NCBI GenBank assembly: GCA_040905565.1
Contig: JBBDRF010000012.1
Span: 96,001 to 160,000, forward strand
From: Phycisphaeraceae bacterium
GTDB taxonomy: Bacteria > Planctomycetota > Phycisphaerae > Phycisphaerales > Zrk34
Reading direction: 5' to 3'
DNA length: 64,000 nucleotides
Part shown: one piece after another, positions 49,049 to 58,797 of the stretch
Layout: each line of letters begins with the position of its first letter
How positions within the stretch are numbered: position 1 is the stretch's first letter
Notes under the pieces: generated by a model
The model's database searches: none
What the model saw: the letters and a program-made list of their open reading frames with translations, nothing else
What the model was told of the DNA's origin: nothing
Position numbers and translations under genes: made by a program

Positions 49049-50269
49049 ATGCAGCATTCACGATGGTTGGCTTTCGTGGTCTTTTTAGCCGGCACGCTTC
49101 TCGCCGGCCCCCTGGCCTTTGCTGAGCCACAGCTCGAGATCCAGTCAGGCGATCGCGTTCTCTTCGTTGGCAATACGCTCATCGAGCGCGCTCAACGTTA
49201 CGACTACCTTGAACTGGCGATCACTACGCGATTCCCCGATGTCACCTATCGCAACCTCGGTTGGTCGGGCGATACCGTCTACGGCGAGGCGCGGGCCTAC
49301 TTCGGCTCCCCAGCCGACGGATTCAACCACCTCAAGGAGCACGTGCATGCGCTCGAGCCGACCGTCCTGCTCGTGGCCTACGGGCTGAACGAATCGGCGC
49401 AAGGCGAAGCCGGACTTGAAGCGTTCACCGAAGGACTGAATCGGCTGCTCGCCATGCTGAGCGAGACCGGGGCACGCATCGTGCTGCTCTCTCCGCTGCC
49501 TCACGAACAGGCCACGTCTCCCGTGCCGGATGTCAGTCCCGCCAACGCCGATATCAAGCTGTACAGTCAACGGATCGCCGCGGTCGCCGAGGCCGGCGGC
49601 CATGCCTACGTCGATCTATACACCTTGATGGATGAGCTTCAGGTCGCTCCTCCCATGCCCCTGACCGGCAACGGCATCCACCTCACGGAACTCGGCTACT
49701 ACCATCTGGCCGGCGCGCTCGAAGCGGGCCTGGGCTGGCCTCGCAGGCAGTGGCATGTTCATGTTGACGCTAGCGAGATCGAGCAAGCCCGGGGCACGCA
49801 GGTCCAGAACATCCGCGAAGACGGTGCCAGCATCCTGTTCGACGTCACCGATGATTACCTGCCTCTCGACCTGCCAGGCGGTGTCGAAGCAACGCGGTCG
49901 GAGCACCTCCCGCCTCGCGTTCTCCAGCTTTCGGAGATCGAAGACGGCACGTATCAGCTTCTGATCGACGGCAACGTGATCGCCGAGGCTGAGGCCGATG
50001 CGTGGGCGGAAGGCGTCGAAATTCACGCGGGGCCTTCGTTCCAGCAGGCAGCGGCCCTACGCAAACAGATTCTCCTGAAAAACAAGCTGTTCTTCCACCA
50101 ATTCCGCCCTCAGAACGAAACCTACATCCGCGGGTTCCGCAAACATGAGCAAGGCCGACATGCAGCCGACTTACCACGCTTCGATCCGCTGATCGAAGAA
50201 CGCGAAGTGAAGATCAACCGTCTGCGCCGGCCCGTCACGCACACCTACGAGATCAAACCGGTCAACTGA
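49049..50269 (+). CDS. Exported SGNH/GDSL hydrolase-family protein
   Basis: VLFVGNT (block I), RNLGWSGDT, YGLNES, NGIHL. Confidence 0.8.
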   Translation: MQHSRWLAFVVFLAGTLLAGPLAFAEPQLEIQSGDRVLFVGNTLIERAQRYDYLELAITTRFPDVTYRNLGWSGDTVYGEARAYFGSPADGFNHLKEHVHALEPTVLLVAYGLNESAQGEAGLEAFTEGLNRLLAMLSETGARIVLLSPLPHEQATSPVPDVSPANADIKLYSQRIAAVAEAGGHAYVDLYTLMDELQVAPPMPLTGNGIHLTELGYYHLAGALEAGLGWPRRQWHVHVDASEIEQARGTQVQNIREDGASILFDVTDDYLPLDLPGGVEATRSEHLPPRVLQLSEIEDGTYQLLIDGNVIAEAEADAWAEGVEIHAGPSFQQAAALRKQILLKNKLFFHQFRPQNETYIRGFRKHEQGRHAADLPRFDPLIEEREVKINRLRRPVTHTYEIKPVN

Positions 50270-50292
50270 CCGTGCGACGAAGGACTCTCCCC

Positions 50293-53200
50293 ATGTTCCC
50301 AATCAAATGGCTCACGCTCTTCGCCATGGTCGCGGCCGCCGCCACGCCTGCCTTCGCTCAGCGTCACCTGACGGACATCCCCGAACCTGACGCGCAGCAG
50401 CAGAAGGAGATGCTCAGGCTGGACGATAACCTGGAGGTCAACCTCTTCGCGTCCGATCCCGACATCGCCAAGCCGATCCAGATGAACTGGGATCCGCAGG
50501 GGCGGTTGTGGGTGGCCACCAGCAGTGTCTACCCGCAGATTCAGCCCGGCGAGGTCGCCAACGATAAGATCATCGTGCTGGAGGACACCACCGGCGACGG
50601 CAAAGCGGATAAGAGCACCGTCTTCGCCGATGGGCTGCTGATTCCCACCGGTGTCGCTTACGGCCACGGCGGCGTGTACGTGGCGAACTCCACCGAGCTG
50701 CTGCACCTGAAAGACACGAACGGCGACGGCAAGGCGGATCATCGCCGTGTCGTGCTCTCCGGCTTCGGCACCGAAGACACGCACCACATCATTCATACCT
50801 TCCGCTGGGGGCCCGACGGGTCGCTCTACTTCAATCAGTCGATCTACATTCACTCACATGTCGAGACGCCCTGGGGCCCGCGCCGCCTGCTGGCGGGCGG
50901 CATCTGGAGGCTGCGGCCGGACGACCTGAAACTTGAAGTCTACTCCCGTGGCTGGGTTAACGCGTGGGGCCATGTGTTCGACAAGTGGGGCCAGTCCTTC
51001 GTCACCGACGGGGCCGGCGGGGAAGGTATCAACTACACCTTCCCCGGCGCCGCGTTCGCCACAGCACGCGGCGCGCCGCGCGTCCTTCGAGGCCTCAACC
51101 CCGGCCAGCCCAAGCACGCGGGGCTCGGCGTCGTCTCCGGTCGGCACTTCCCCGAAAGCTGGCAGGGCAACCTGATCACCAACGATTTCCGCGGCAATCG
51201 CATCAACCGTTTCGTCATCTCCGAGTCGGGCTCCGGCTATGTTTCACGCCAGACGCAGGATCCGCTGACCACGTCGCACATCGCATTCCGGCCGGTCGAC
51301 GCCCAGATGGGCCCCGACGGGGCGCTCTACATCGCCGACTGGTACAACCCCATCATTCAGCATGGCGAGGTGGATTTCCGTGACGAACGGCGGGACCGCG
51401 AGCACGGCCGCATCTGGCGCATCACTTACAAAGATCGCCCCATCGTTCAGCCGCCGCAGCTGATCGGCGTGCCCGTAGAGGACGTGCTCGACGCGCTTAA
51501 GCAGCCCGAAGGCTGGACGCGTCAGCAGGCCAAGCGGGTGCTTGCCGAGTCGCCAGCCGAGGAGGTCATCCCCGCGCTGAACAGCTGGGTCCAAGGCCTA
51601 GATGTCGAACATGACGATTACGCCCTCCACCTTCTTGAAGCGCTGTGGGTGCATCAGTCGCTTGATGTGGTGAATGCCGAGCTGCTCGAGCGGGTGCTGG
51701 ATTTGCCACATGCGGGAGCCCGCGCCGCTGCTGTGCGCGTCCTCGGTACCTGGCATGCCTCGCTCAACAATGCCGAACGACTGCTTGATCGCGCGGTGCA
51801 GGACGATCATGCACGCGTCCGGCTCGAAGCGGTGAATGCCCTCCGCAAACTTGATTCCGCCGAGGCTGCCCGCCTGGCCATGAAGGCGCTTGATCGTGAT
51901 GTGGATCGGTTTCTCGACTACGCGATCTGGCTCACCGCTCGCGAGCTTAAGGGCCATTGGCTGCCCGCGCTCCAGGAAGATCCGCGTTTCTTCGGCGACC
52001 AGCTGGGTCGGGCCGTGTTTGCTGTGCATGCCGTTGAAGATGCCCGGGCGCTTGAGCCGCTGATCGGGCTTTACAAGGACGGTCAGCTTTCCGAGGCTGA
52101 GCAATCGCAGGTGGTGGACGTGATCGCGGCGGTGGGTTCCGCCGAGGCCCTCACGGTCGTGTTCGAACATGCGCTGGACGATCATGAGCGTCGCCCCGCG
52201 CTACTCTCGGCACTTGAGCGTGCAGCTCAACGGCGTAACGCCGCTCCCACGCCGGATGCCCAGCCACGTATCCTCACACTCCTCGATGCCGATCCTGCGC
52301 GTGACCGCGCCGCCGCCGCTCGGCTCATCGGCTCATGGAAACTCGCCGCGGGCCGTGAGTCGTTGACGCAGTTGGCCGACGCGGCCGAGATCGATGCCGG
52401 GCTTCGCGCTGCCGCCATCGAAGGGCTCGCGCGCATGGGCGATGCGCCCAGTAAGCAGGCCCTGCAAACGTTGACCGAGTCCAGCCGACCCGTGCCCATC
52501 CGTCTCGCTGCGATCGTGGGGCTGGCACAGATGGATCTTGCCGATGCCGCCGGGCGAGTCGGCGAGCTTCTTGCCGATGCCGGTGATCACGCTGACAAAA
52601 CCGCGCCCGTCTTCGAAGCCTTCTACGCTCGGAAGGAAGGGCCCGACCATCTCATGAAGGCCCTGCAGAACGGCAAGCTCCCATCGCAGGTTGCTTCGGT
52701 CGGCATGCGTCGTATCAGCGTCGCGGGTCGTCCGCTGCCCGAACTGGAGAAGCTGCTGCGCGAGGTCGGCGATCTCGGCGCGGTCGCGCAATCACTCACC
52801 GACGAGCAGGTGCGCCAACTCGTGGCCGAGGTTCGCGAATACGGCGACCCTCACCGCGGCGAACGGATCTACCGCCGAACCGCGCTCATGTGCATGACCT
52901 GTCACGCCATCGGCGGCGCAGGCGGCAACCTCGGCCCCGACCTCATCAGCCTCGGTGGGGCCGCCCCCGTTGAACTCATCATTCAGCAGGTCCTCGAGCC
53001 CAGCCGGACGATCAAAGAGGGCTATCACACCGTTTCCGTCACAACCGACGAAGGCCGCGTGATCACCGGGCTGCTCGTCCGGGAGACCGACCGTGAGTTG
53101 TACGTCCGTGACGCCACCGGTACCGAAAACGCGATTGCGCTGGAAAATGTCGCCACCCGCACCGTCAGCCCCGTCTCGCTGATGCCTCCCGGCTTAACCG

Positions 53201-53742
53201 CTTCGCTCAACCGTGACGAATTCGTCGACATGGTCAGCTTCCTCACGAAGCTCGGCACCGATGGCGATTTCAACATCGGCCCCGAGGAGGTCGCCCGCCG
53301 TTGGCGTTATCTGGCCGAAACGGACGACGCGAATGAGACGGTCGTCGAGCACGGCGTCGCCGGCATCGTCGCGAACGCGGAGCAGCACGCATGGCTTCCG
53401 GTCTACAGCCGCGTCAGTGGTAATCTGGCACTGGATGACCTCCCGACCGTCGGCGATGCGGATCGCCATCAGCAGAAATTCCGGATCCTGCGATTTGACC
53501 TGAACGTCACCGCAGCCGGCGAGATTGATCTGGCGCTCAACGCTGCCCACGGCGTTCGCCTCTGGGTCAGCGGCGAGCCAGTCACCCTCGAAAGCGCTCG
53601 CGTCACGCTCGATCTGCCACGCGGCGTTCACCCTGTGATCCTCGCTGTGAGCAGGCAGGAACGCCCCAACGGCGACGTCCGCGTCACGATCCACGAACCC
53701 GACGCCTCCCCGGGTCGCGCGCAGGTCGTCGACGGTCCCTGA
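50293..53742 (+). CDS. PVC-type protein: dehydrogenase-like beta-propeller, HEAT repeats and CxxCH heme domain
   Basis: FASDPDIAKPIQMNWD, LEDTTGDGKADK, GPDGALYIADWY, HGRIWRI, CMTCH..GPDL, SLMPPGL. Confidence 0.88.
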   Translation: MFPIKWLTLFAMVAAAATPAFAQRHLTDIPEPDAQQQKEMLRLDDNLEVNLFASDPDIAKPIQMNWDPQGRLWVATSSVYPQIQPGEVANDKIIVLEDTTGDGKADKSTVFADGLLIPTGVAYGHGGVYVANSTELLHLKDTNGDGKADHRRVVLSGFGTEDTHHIIHTFRWGPDGSLYFNQSIYIHSHVETPWGPRRLLAGGIWRLRPDDLKLEVYSRGWVNAWGHVFDKWGQSFVTDGAGGEGINYTFPGAAFATARGAPRVLRGLNPGQPKHAGLGVVSGRHFPESWQGNLITNDFRGNRINRFVISESGSGYVSRQTQDPLTTSHIAFRPVDAQMGPDGALYIADWYNPIIQHGEVDFRDERRDREHGRIWRITYKDRPIVQPPQLIGVPVEDVLDALKQPEGWTRQQAKRVLAESPAEEVIPALNSWVQGLDVEHDDYALHLLEALWVHQSLDVVNAELLERVLDLPHAGARAAAVRVLGTWHASLNNAERLLDRAVQDDHARVRLEAVNALRKLDSAEAARLAMKALDRDVDRFLDYAIWLTARELKGHWLPALQEDPRFFGDQLGRAVFAVHAVEDARALEPLIGLYKDGQLSEAEQSQVVDVIAAVGSAEALTVVFEHALDDHERRPALLSALERAAQRRNAAPTPDAQPRILTLLDADPARDRAAAARLIGSWKLAAGRESLTQLADAAEIDAGLRAAAIEGLARMGDAPSKQALQTLTESSRPVPIRLAAIVGLAQMDLADAAGRVGELLADAGDHADKTAPVFEAFYARKEGPDHLMKALQNGKLPSQVASVGMRRISVAGRPLPELEKLLREVGDLGAVAQSLTDEQVRQLVAEVREYGDPHRGERIYRRTALMCMTCHAIGGAGGNLGPDLISLGGAAPVELIIQQVLEPSRTIKEGYHTVSVTTDEGRVITGLLVRETDRELYVRDATGTENAIALENVATRTVSPVSLMPPGLTASLNRDEFVDMVSFLTKLGTDGDFNIGPEEVARRWRYLAETDDANETVVEHGVAGIVANAEQHAWLPVYSRVSGNLALDDLPTVGDADRHQQKFRILRFDLNVTAAGEIDLALNAAHGVRLWVSGEPVTLESARVTLDLPRGVHPVILAVSRQERPNGDVRVTIHEPDASPGRAQVVDGP

Positions 53743-53789
53743 ACGGGCCGCCACTCGCCGCCACCCCATACGCAATCGCAGCGCGCATG

Positions 53790-53822
53790 AAAAAGGGCTC
53801 GCCCCATCCGGCGAGCCCTCTT
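53790..53822. terminator. Intrinsic terminator between convergent genes
   Basis: AGGGCTCGCC/GGCGAGCCCT 10-bp stem with an A5 run on the left (U-tail for the minus strand). Confidence 0.7.
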
Positions 53823-53849
53823 CCCACGAAAGGTATCGTGGAAGAAGCG

Positions 53850-55139
53850 TTATCCAGCGAAGCCTTCGCGAGGCGTGCGAGTGAGCATGCTCGTGGCTTC
53901 GGGATCGTTGTCGATGGTCTCGGTTTCCGGGTCCCACTTCAGCGTTCGGCCGCCGAGCACCGCGATCGTCCCAAGATGGCAGGCGACGGCACTGGAGTGC
54001 GCCACATCCGCCGGGGCCGCTGTGGGTTTACGGTCGATCACGCCGTCGATGAAGTTCCGATGGTGATCCACCGACTCATACAACTTCGTATCCGATTCCT
54101 TCAGTTCCACCCGCTTAAGGTTCTGATCCGAAGGCGTGTAGGTCACGTTCTCCACGTAACAATCCGCTTCGGAACCGATGAAGCGAATCCCCCAGTCACG
54201 ACGTTCGGCACTGGTCCGCATGTGAATCTCAACGCCGTTGTCATAGGCGTAGCGGATGTCCAGATCCGTTGGTGCATCGTAGATGCCTTCGGTTTTCTGC
54301 TTACCTGTGCCGATGATCTCGCGCGGCCCGGACCCGTCGGCCCCGATGCCCCAGTGGGCGATATCGATGTAGTGCGCCCCCCAATCGGTGATGTAGCCGG
54401 CTGAGTAATCGAGAATCCAGCGGAAATTGAAGTGCACCCGCGCTTCGGTGTAGGGAGCTTTGGGTGCGGGGCCCAGCCAGCGATCGTAGTCCAGATTCTC
54501 GGGCACCGGCTGTGGCTCTTCCATCCCGGTGAACCCGCCTCGGATGCCGAAGCCTTCCGGGATGCCGACCTCGACACGCTTCATCTCGCCGAGGTAACCG
54601 TTGAGCGCCAACTCGCTCGCACGCCGACACGCGGCCCGGCTGCGCCGCCAGGTGCCCGTCTGGAAGATGCGACCGTGCTCCTTCACCGCATCGGCCAGCA
54701 CGCGTCCCTCCGTCACGTACAACGAAACCGGCTTCTCGCAATAGATGTCCTTGCCCGATCGCACCGCAGCAAGTGCGATGGGAACGTGCCAATGGTCAGG
54801 CGTGCCGATCGACACCGCATCAATATCGTTGCGGTCGATCAGTTCGCGATAGTCGTTGGTGATGTTGCGTTCGCCGGTCACCTTTGCCGTGCCGGCGGAG
54901 TTAGTTGCACGCCCGGCGTCGACATCGCAGATCGCCACCACCTGCACGCGATCGTCACGCAGGAACGAACCCATGTTTCCGCTGCCCTGATTGCCGACAC
55001 CGATGCACGCCATCGTGACCCGGTTCGAAGGTGCCGGCCGACCATCACGCCCGAGCGCCGAGGCAGGAATGAAGTAGGGCGCGGAAACGGCCGCGGCCGC
55101 CGTGCCGATGAACGTTCGACGTGTGGGTTGACTCGCCAT
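53850..55139 (-). CDS. Gfo/Idh/MocA family oxidoreductase with Tat signal
   Basis: TRRTFIG Tat motif, IGVGNQG, GTPDHWH, YCEKP, DWGAHYID. Confidence 0.92.
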   Translation of the reverse strand: MASQPTRRTFIGTAAAAVSAPYFIPASALGRDGRPAPSNRVTMACIGVGNQGSGNMGSFLRDDRVQVVAICDVDAGRATNSAGTAKVTGERNITNDYRELIDRNDIDAVSIGTPDHWHVPIALAAVRSGKDIYCEKPVSLYVTEGRVLADAVKEHGRIFQTGTWRRSRAACRRASELALNGYLGEMKRVEVGIPEGFGIRGGFTGMEEPQPVPENLDYDRWLGPAPKAPYTEARVHFNFRWILDYSAGYITDWGAHYIDIAHWGIGADGSGPREIIGTGKQKTEGIYDAPTDLDIRYAYDNGVEIHMRTSAERRDWGIRFIGSEADCYVENVTYTPSDQNLKRVELKESDTKLYESVDHHRNFIDGVIDRKPTAAPADVAHSSAVACHLGTIAVLGGRTLKWDPETETIDNDPEATSMLTRTPREGFAG

Positions 55140-55229
55140 ATGAAGTGCACTTTCAAAATTTCTTGTTATGGATCGTGTTAGGGGCGTGCAGAAGCATCGT
55201 TTCCGTGCCCCCCGCGATGCTTCGCCATT

Positions 55230-55664
55230 TTACCGATAATCCGGCGGCAGTGTCTCGTTCTCCAGATGCAACCAGTATTCCTGCTGCCGCTTTCGAAGCG
55301 CCTCGGCTTCGGCCTGGCCAAGACGACCCGACGCAAGCTGCTGCTCGCCGTCGCGTAGATCGACGAGCAGGCTGCGAAGCCCGTCCGATGCGTCAGGGTG
55401 CCGCTCCAGAAGAATGTCCAAACCTCCCGCCACCTTGCGATGCCCATCATGGAATGCTTCGGGATACTCGCTCGGCGAGATGTGCTTCGTGAACTCCCGT
55501 TCGGCGTGGTAGGCTTGCAAAGCGGACTCTCGCAGTTGGTCCGTCGGTGCCTGCTCACCACAGCCGACGATGCTGATCCCCACCACCATCAGCCAAACGG
55601 GCAACAGCAGGCGGGTCGGCATCAGTTTTCCGTAACGTCTCATGGCCTGTTTCTTTCTGCTCAT
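55230..55664 (-). CDS. Hypothetical lipoprotein
   Basis: Hydrophobic segment ending in an IVGC lipobox; downstream of the prepilin-type gene. Confidence 0.65.
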   Translation of the reverse strand: MSRKKQAMRRYGKLMPTRLLLPVWLMVVGISIVGCGEQAPTDQLRESALQAYHAEREFTKHISPSEYPEAFHDGHRKVAGGLDILLERHPDASDGLRSLLVDLRDGEQQLASGRLGQAEAEALRKRQQEYWLHLENETLPPDYR

Positions 55665-55692
55665 CTGCTTGTTCAGGTTCGGTTACGCCTCA

Positions 55693-56477
55693 TCATTCCG
55701 GCACAATGCCCGGCACCGGGATCCTGAAGTGCTTGACGTGGGCGCCGTAGAAGGTGCCGTCGTCGCTATCGATCAGGCCGTCGTTCACCCAGCTGACGCT
55801 GCCGTCCTCGTAGAGATAGTTACTGCCGAGTCTGCCGTCGCCCGAATTGCCCAAATGAGAAGATCGAGCGGGGTCCATCTCACCGCCGGTGGATGTGGAA
55901 AGATCGAACATGATCGGTGCACGCGAGAAGGTACCATCGAACTTGGTCTTGCTGATCCATCCGTCGACAGGGGTGTAAACGAAGCCGGCGGGGACGGGGT
56001 AGTCACGATTAGGCAGATAGCCGTAGCCGATCGCCGAGAAGCTCTGGCTGACGGGCCGACGAATCTCCGGTCCAACGGGGCAGTAGTGGGGGATGTTCTC
56101 GCCCTCTGCCGTATCGCCGAGGTCGTAGTCGGAGAGGTAGTTGTCGAAGAACTCCCACACTTCACCGAGGTTGCCGTTCGCGTCGGTCTGCGTCGTGCGG
56201 TCGATGTGCATCACATTCGACGTGTTCCAGTGATTGGCGACCATGAACTGCGCATTGCGTTCGCTCGCCCACATGTGCAGCCCCGACGCCCATTGACGCA
56301 GGTTCGCAGCGCACGAGACCTTCATCGCCTCCTGCCGCGCACGCCCAAGGGCTGGCAGCAGAACCCCATCAGCAGCGCGATGATCCCCACGACCACCAGC
56401 AGTTCGATCAGGGTAAAACCTCTGCGGGCGCGCCCTGACGTCGCGACGGGTGACCCGTTGTTGATCCGTTTCGACAT
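55693..56477 (-). pseudogene. Prepilin-type N-methylation (DUF1559-like) gene interrupted by a 1-nt frameshift
   Basis: RRGFTLIELLVVVGIIALLMG, then the frame breaks at G4 (56364-56367). One extra G restores GVLLPALGRARQEAMKVSCAANLRQ. C-terminal H...NYLYEDGSV motif. Confidence 0.8.
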
Positions 56478-56573
56478 GTTCTTTCCTCTAAAAATCGCGT
56501 AACAGTTTCGACTGCGGCACCGGACATTTTCAAAGCGGCGGGACGACCTTCGCCGTCCCGCCACAGGTTGATA

Positions 56574-57533
56574 TCAAACGAACAGCCCGTTCTGGGGACG
56601 CCGGCGCATCGCGATCGCGCCAAGCAGCAGCAGGCCCGCAGGCAGCGCAGCCGGCGTCGGAATCACCGTGCTGGTCGCACTGTAATGACCAGCGAATTCC
56701 TCGAGCCTCGCGTCAACCGACGCTTCGTCCGAGAGGTCGTAAATGGCGAACTCATCGAGCATGCCTTGGAACAAACCCTTGTTGAAAACTTCGTCGCCGA
56801 TGGCGAACATGACATCCGCGCTGAAGTTCGGGAAGTCCTCATGGTCGTCGATGAGGGCGACGCTGGTGGCGTTGGCATAGTCGCCGTTAAGAATAAGCGT
56901 CTGGCGATTGGTGGCCCCGTCTATCGCTTCATAGCCCATCACGACGTGATTCCAGGCATTCGAGGCCAATGTTGGGAAGCTCGCGCCGGTCCGGCCGTCG
57001 TTCGTGAAAATCTCGAGTCCGTTCCCCTCGTATCCGTTGATTACGGACGGGGCATTCTGACCGTTCCAACCGTTTGGCGCGGATTGGAAGATATAGGTCG
57101 GGGATTGCTCGCCATCAAAGTAGATCCAGAACTCCATGGCATAGCTGGAGTAGGTGCCGTCGTTGGGCGCGCTGCCGCCGGTGAAGCCGGTCCACCATGC
57201 TTGCTCAATGGTGCCGCCAAACGATCCGGCATTGCCGAGGCTCAGCCCGCCGGCGTTGGTGGTGGAGGGGGCGACGGCGTGCTGGCCGCCGCCGACAGCG
57301 TCGCCGCCGTCTGCGTAGCCGTGGTTGAGCAGGAGGTCGGGCTCGTCTTCGGAATAGATGGGCTCGGCATCATCCCAGGTGTAGTAGAACGCGGGGTTGC
57401 TGGCTTGGATGACGTCCTGGTAATTCGCCTGGGCCGGGGCGGCACCGATTGTCATGGCCGCGAGGCCCAGCATCGGCACCATGACGTGCTGTTTGATCCG
57501 CAACGTGCTGCTGCGGGCGGGGAGAATAGACAT
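56574..57533 (-). CDS. Secreted LamG/concanavalin-like domain protein with PTPAA-type sorting signal
   Basis: AAGGAG RBS; signal peptide; YAMEFW, WNHVV, FQGMLDEFAIYD; C-terminus VIPTPAALPAGLLLLGAIAMRRR. Confidence 0.8.
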   Translation of the reverse strand: MSILPARSSTLRIKQHVMVPMLGLAAMTIGAAPAQANYQDVIQASNPAFYYTWDDAEPIYSEDEPDLLLNHGYADGGDAVGGGQHAVAPSTTNAGGLSLGNAGSFGGTIEQAWWTGFTGGSAPNDGTYSSYAMEFWIYFDGEQSPTYIFQSAPNGWNGQNAPSVINGYEGNGLEIFTNDGRTGASFPTLASNAWNHVVMGYEAIDGATNRQTLILNGDYANATSVALIDDHEDFPNFSADVMFAIGDEVFNKGLFQGMLDEFAIYDLSDEASVDARLEEFAGHYSATSTVIPTPAALPAGLLLLGAIAMRRRPQNGLFV

Positions 57534-57833
57534 TCGCGTAGCTCCTTCAGTTTCAAGGGGAAGAGTTGAGGCAGGCGAACTCGCCGATTCGCGAGCGCCG
57601 TTCGTTACAATCCTGTCGCTGATGTCCTCCAAAACGATCTACCGGTTGAGACTGCCGTGACTTGCGAAAACTGGGCCGCTTCAACGAGCCGGCCTCACGC
57701 GATATTTCGTGACATCAATAAGCCCCATGCAAAAGATTCTTTGGTAGCACGAGACATCTTATCTCGAAGGCAAGATTGATGCAACGAAAAATCATGCCAA
57801 GATTTTTGGTGGCCTTCGCCTGCGGTAGGGGGG

Positions 57834-58787
57834 TCAGGGCGTGGTGAGTTCGCGGAGGCCGATGGGTCGCCCGTCGATCTCCGAATCAATCGCTCCCAGG
57901 TGCTCCAGGAGCGTCGGCACGACGTCGACGATGTACGTCTGCTGTGGGCTGATGCGATTGTGGACCGCCTCGCCGCTGACGAGGAAGAAGCCGTGGAGGA
58001 TCTCGGGGTTTTCGTGGCCGCCGCCGTGGCCGGTTTCGTAGCCGCCGTGGTCGGTGGTCATCACGATGATCCAGTCTTCCTGCTTGTAGGCCGGTCGGCT
58101 CCGGATGGCTTTCATGATGTCACCGACATGGCGATCGGTGTTCTCGATGGCTTTGAGATACTCCGGTTCATGGGCGTTGAAGCCGAAGGTATGACCGGCG
58201 ATATCCGGCTGGCTCAGGTAGATCGAAACCGCCGTCGGATCGTTCTCCGTCAGCAACTGCACCGCTTTCTCGGTGAGATCGACGTTCGCCTGTTTCTCGC
58301 GCGCCATACGGTCACCGCCCGGGCCACCGACAGGGAAGAACTCACGCACACTTGCATCGGACACGATGTGATGCTCAATAGGAATCCAACTGGCGACCAG
58401 CGAGATGGTCTCAGCGTCGGGATCGGCAGCGCGAATGTGCGCGAAGAAGTGGGGGTGCTCATCGTACTTTCGCCCTGCGAAGCTGTTGTCGTGCACGCCG
58501 TGCTTGTCCGCCCAGACGCCGGTGAAGATGCTCGACCATCCCGGCCCGCTGATGGTGTCGTTCTTCTGGTAACGCTCGCCGAGGATCAGGCAGCGCGGGT
58601 CGAAGGTGCCATTGGCGATGAGCCGATCGATGTTCGGCGTGTCGGCGACGATCAGCGCGTCGGGCCTCACGCCGTCAACACCGATGAATACCGCTTTGGG
58701 GACCCGCTCGCCGTCGGCGTAAGCGGTTGAAGCGACGTTCATCGCCGCGATCATCGCCAACAGAAACAGGCAGTGACGCACCTTCAT
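57834..58787 (-). CDS. Exported alkaline phosphatase / nucleotide pyrophosphatase-phosphodiesterase family protein
   Basis: GVDGVRPD, TISGPGWSSIFTG, DIAGH, TTDHGG, DVVPT. Confidence 0.88.
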   Translation of the reverse strand: MKVRHCLFLLAMIAAMNVASTAYADGERVPKAVFIGVDGVRPDALIVADTPNIDRLIANGTFDPRCLILGERYQKNDTISGPGWSSIFTGVWADKHGVHDNSFAGRKYDEHPHFFAHIRAADPDAETISLVASWIPIEHHIVSDASVREFFPVGGPGGDRMAREKQANVDLTEKAVQLLTENDPTAVSIYLSQPDIAGHTFGFNAHEPEYLKAIENTDRHVGDIMKAIRSRPAYKQEDWIIVMTTDHGGYETGHGGGHENPEILHGFFLVSGEAVHNRISPQQTYIVDVVPTLLEHLGAIDSEIDGRPIGLRELTTP

Positions 58788-58797
58788 GGTCACCCCT

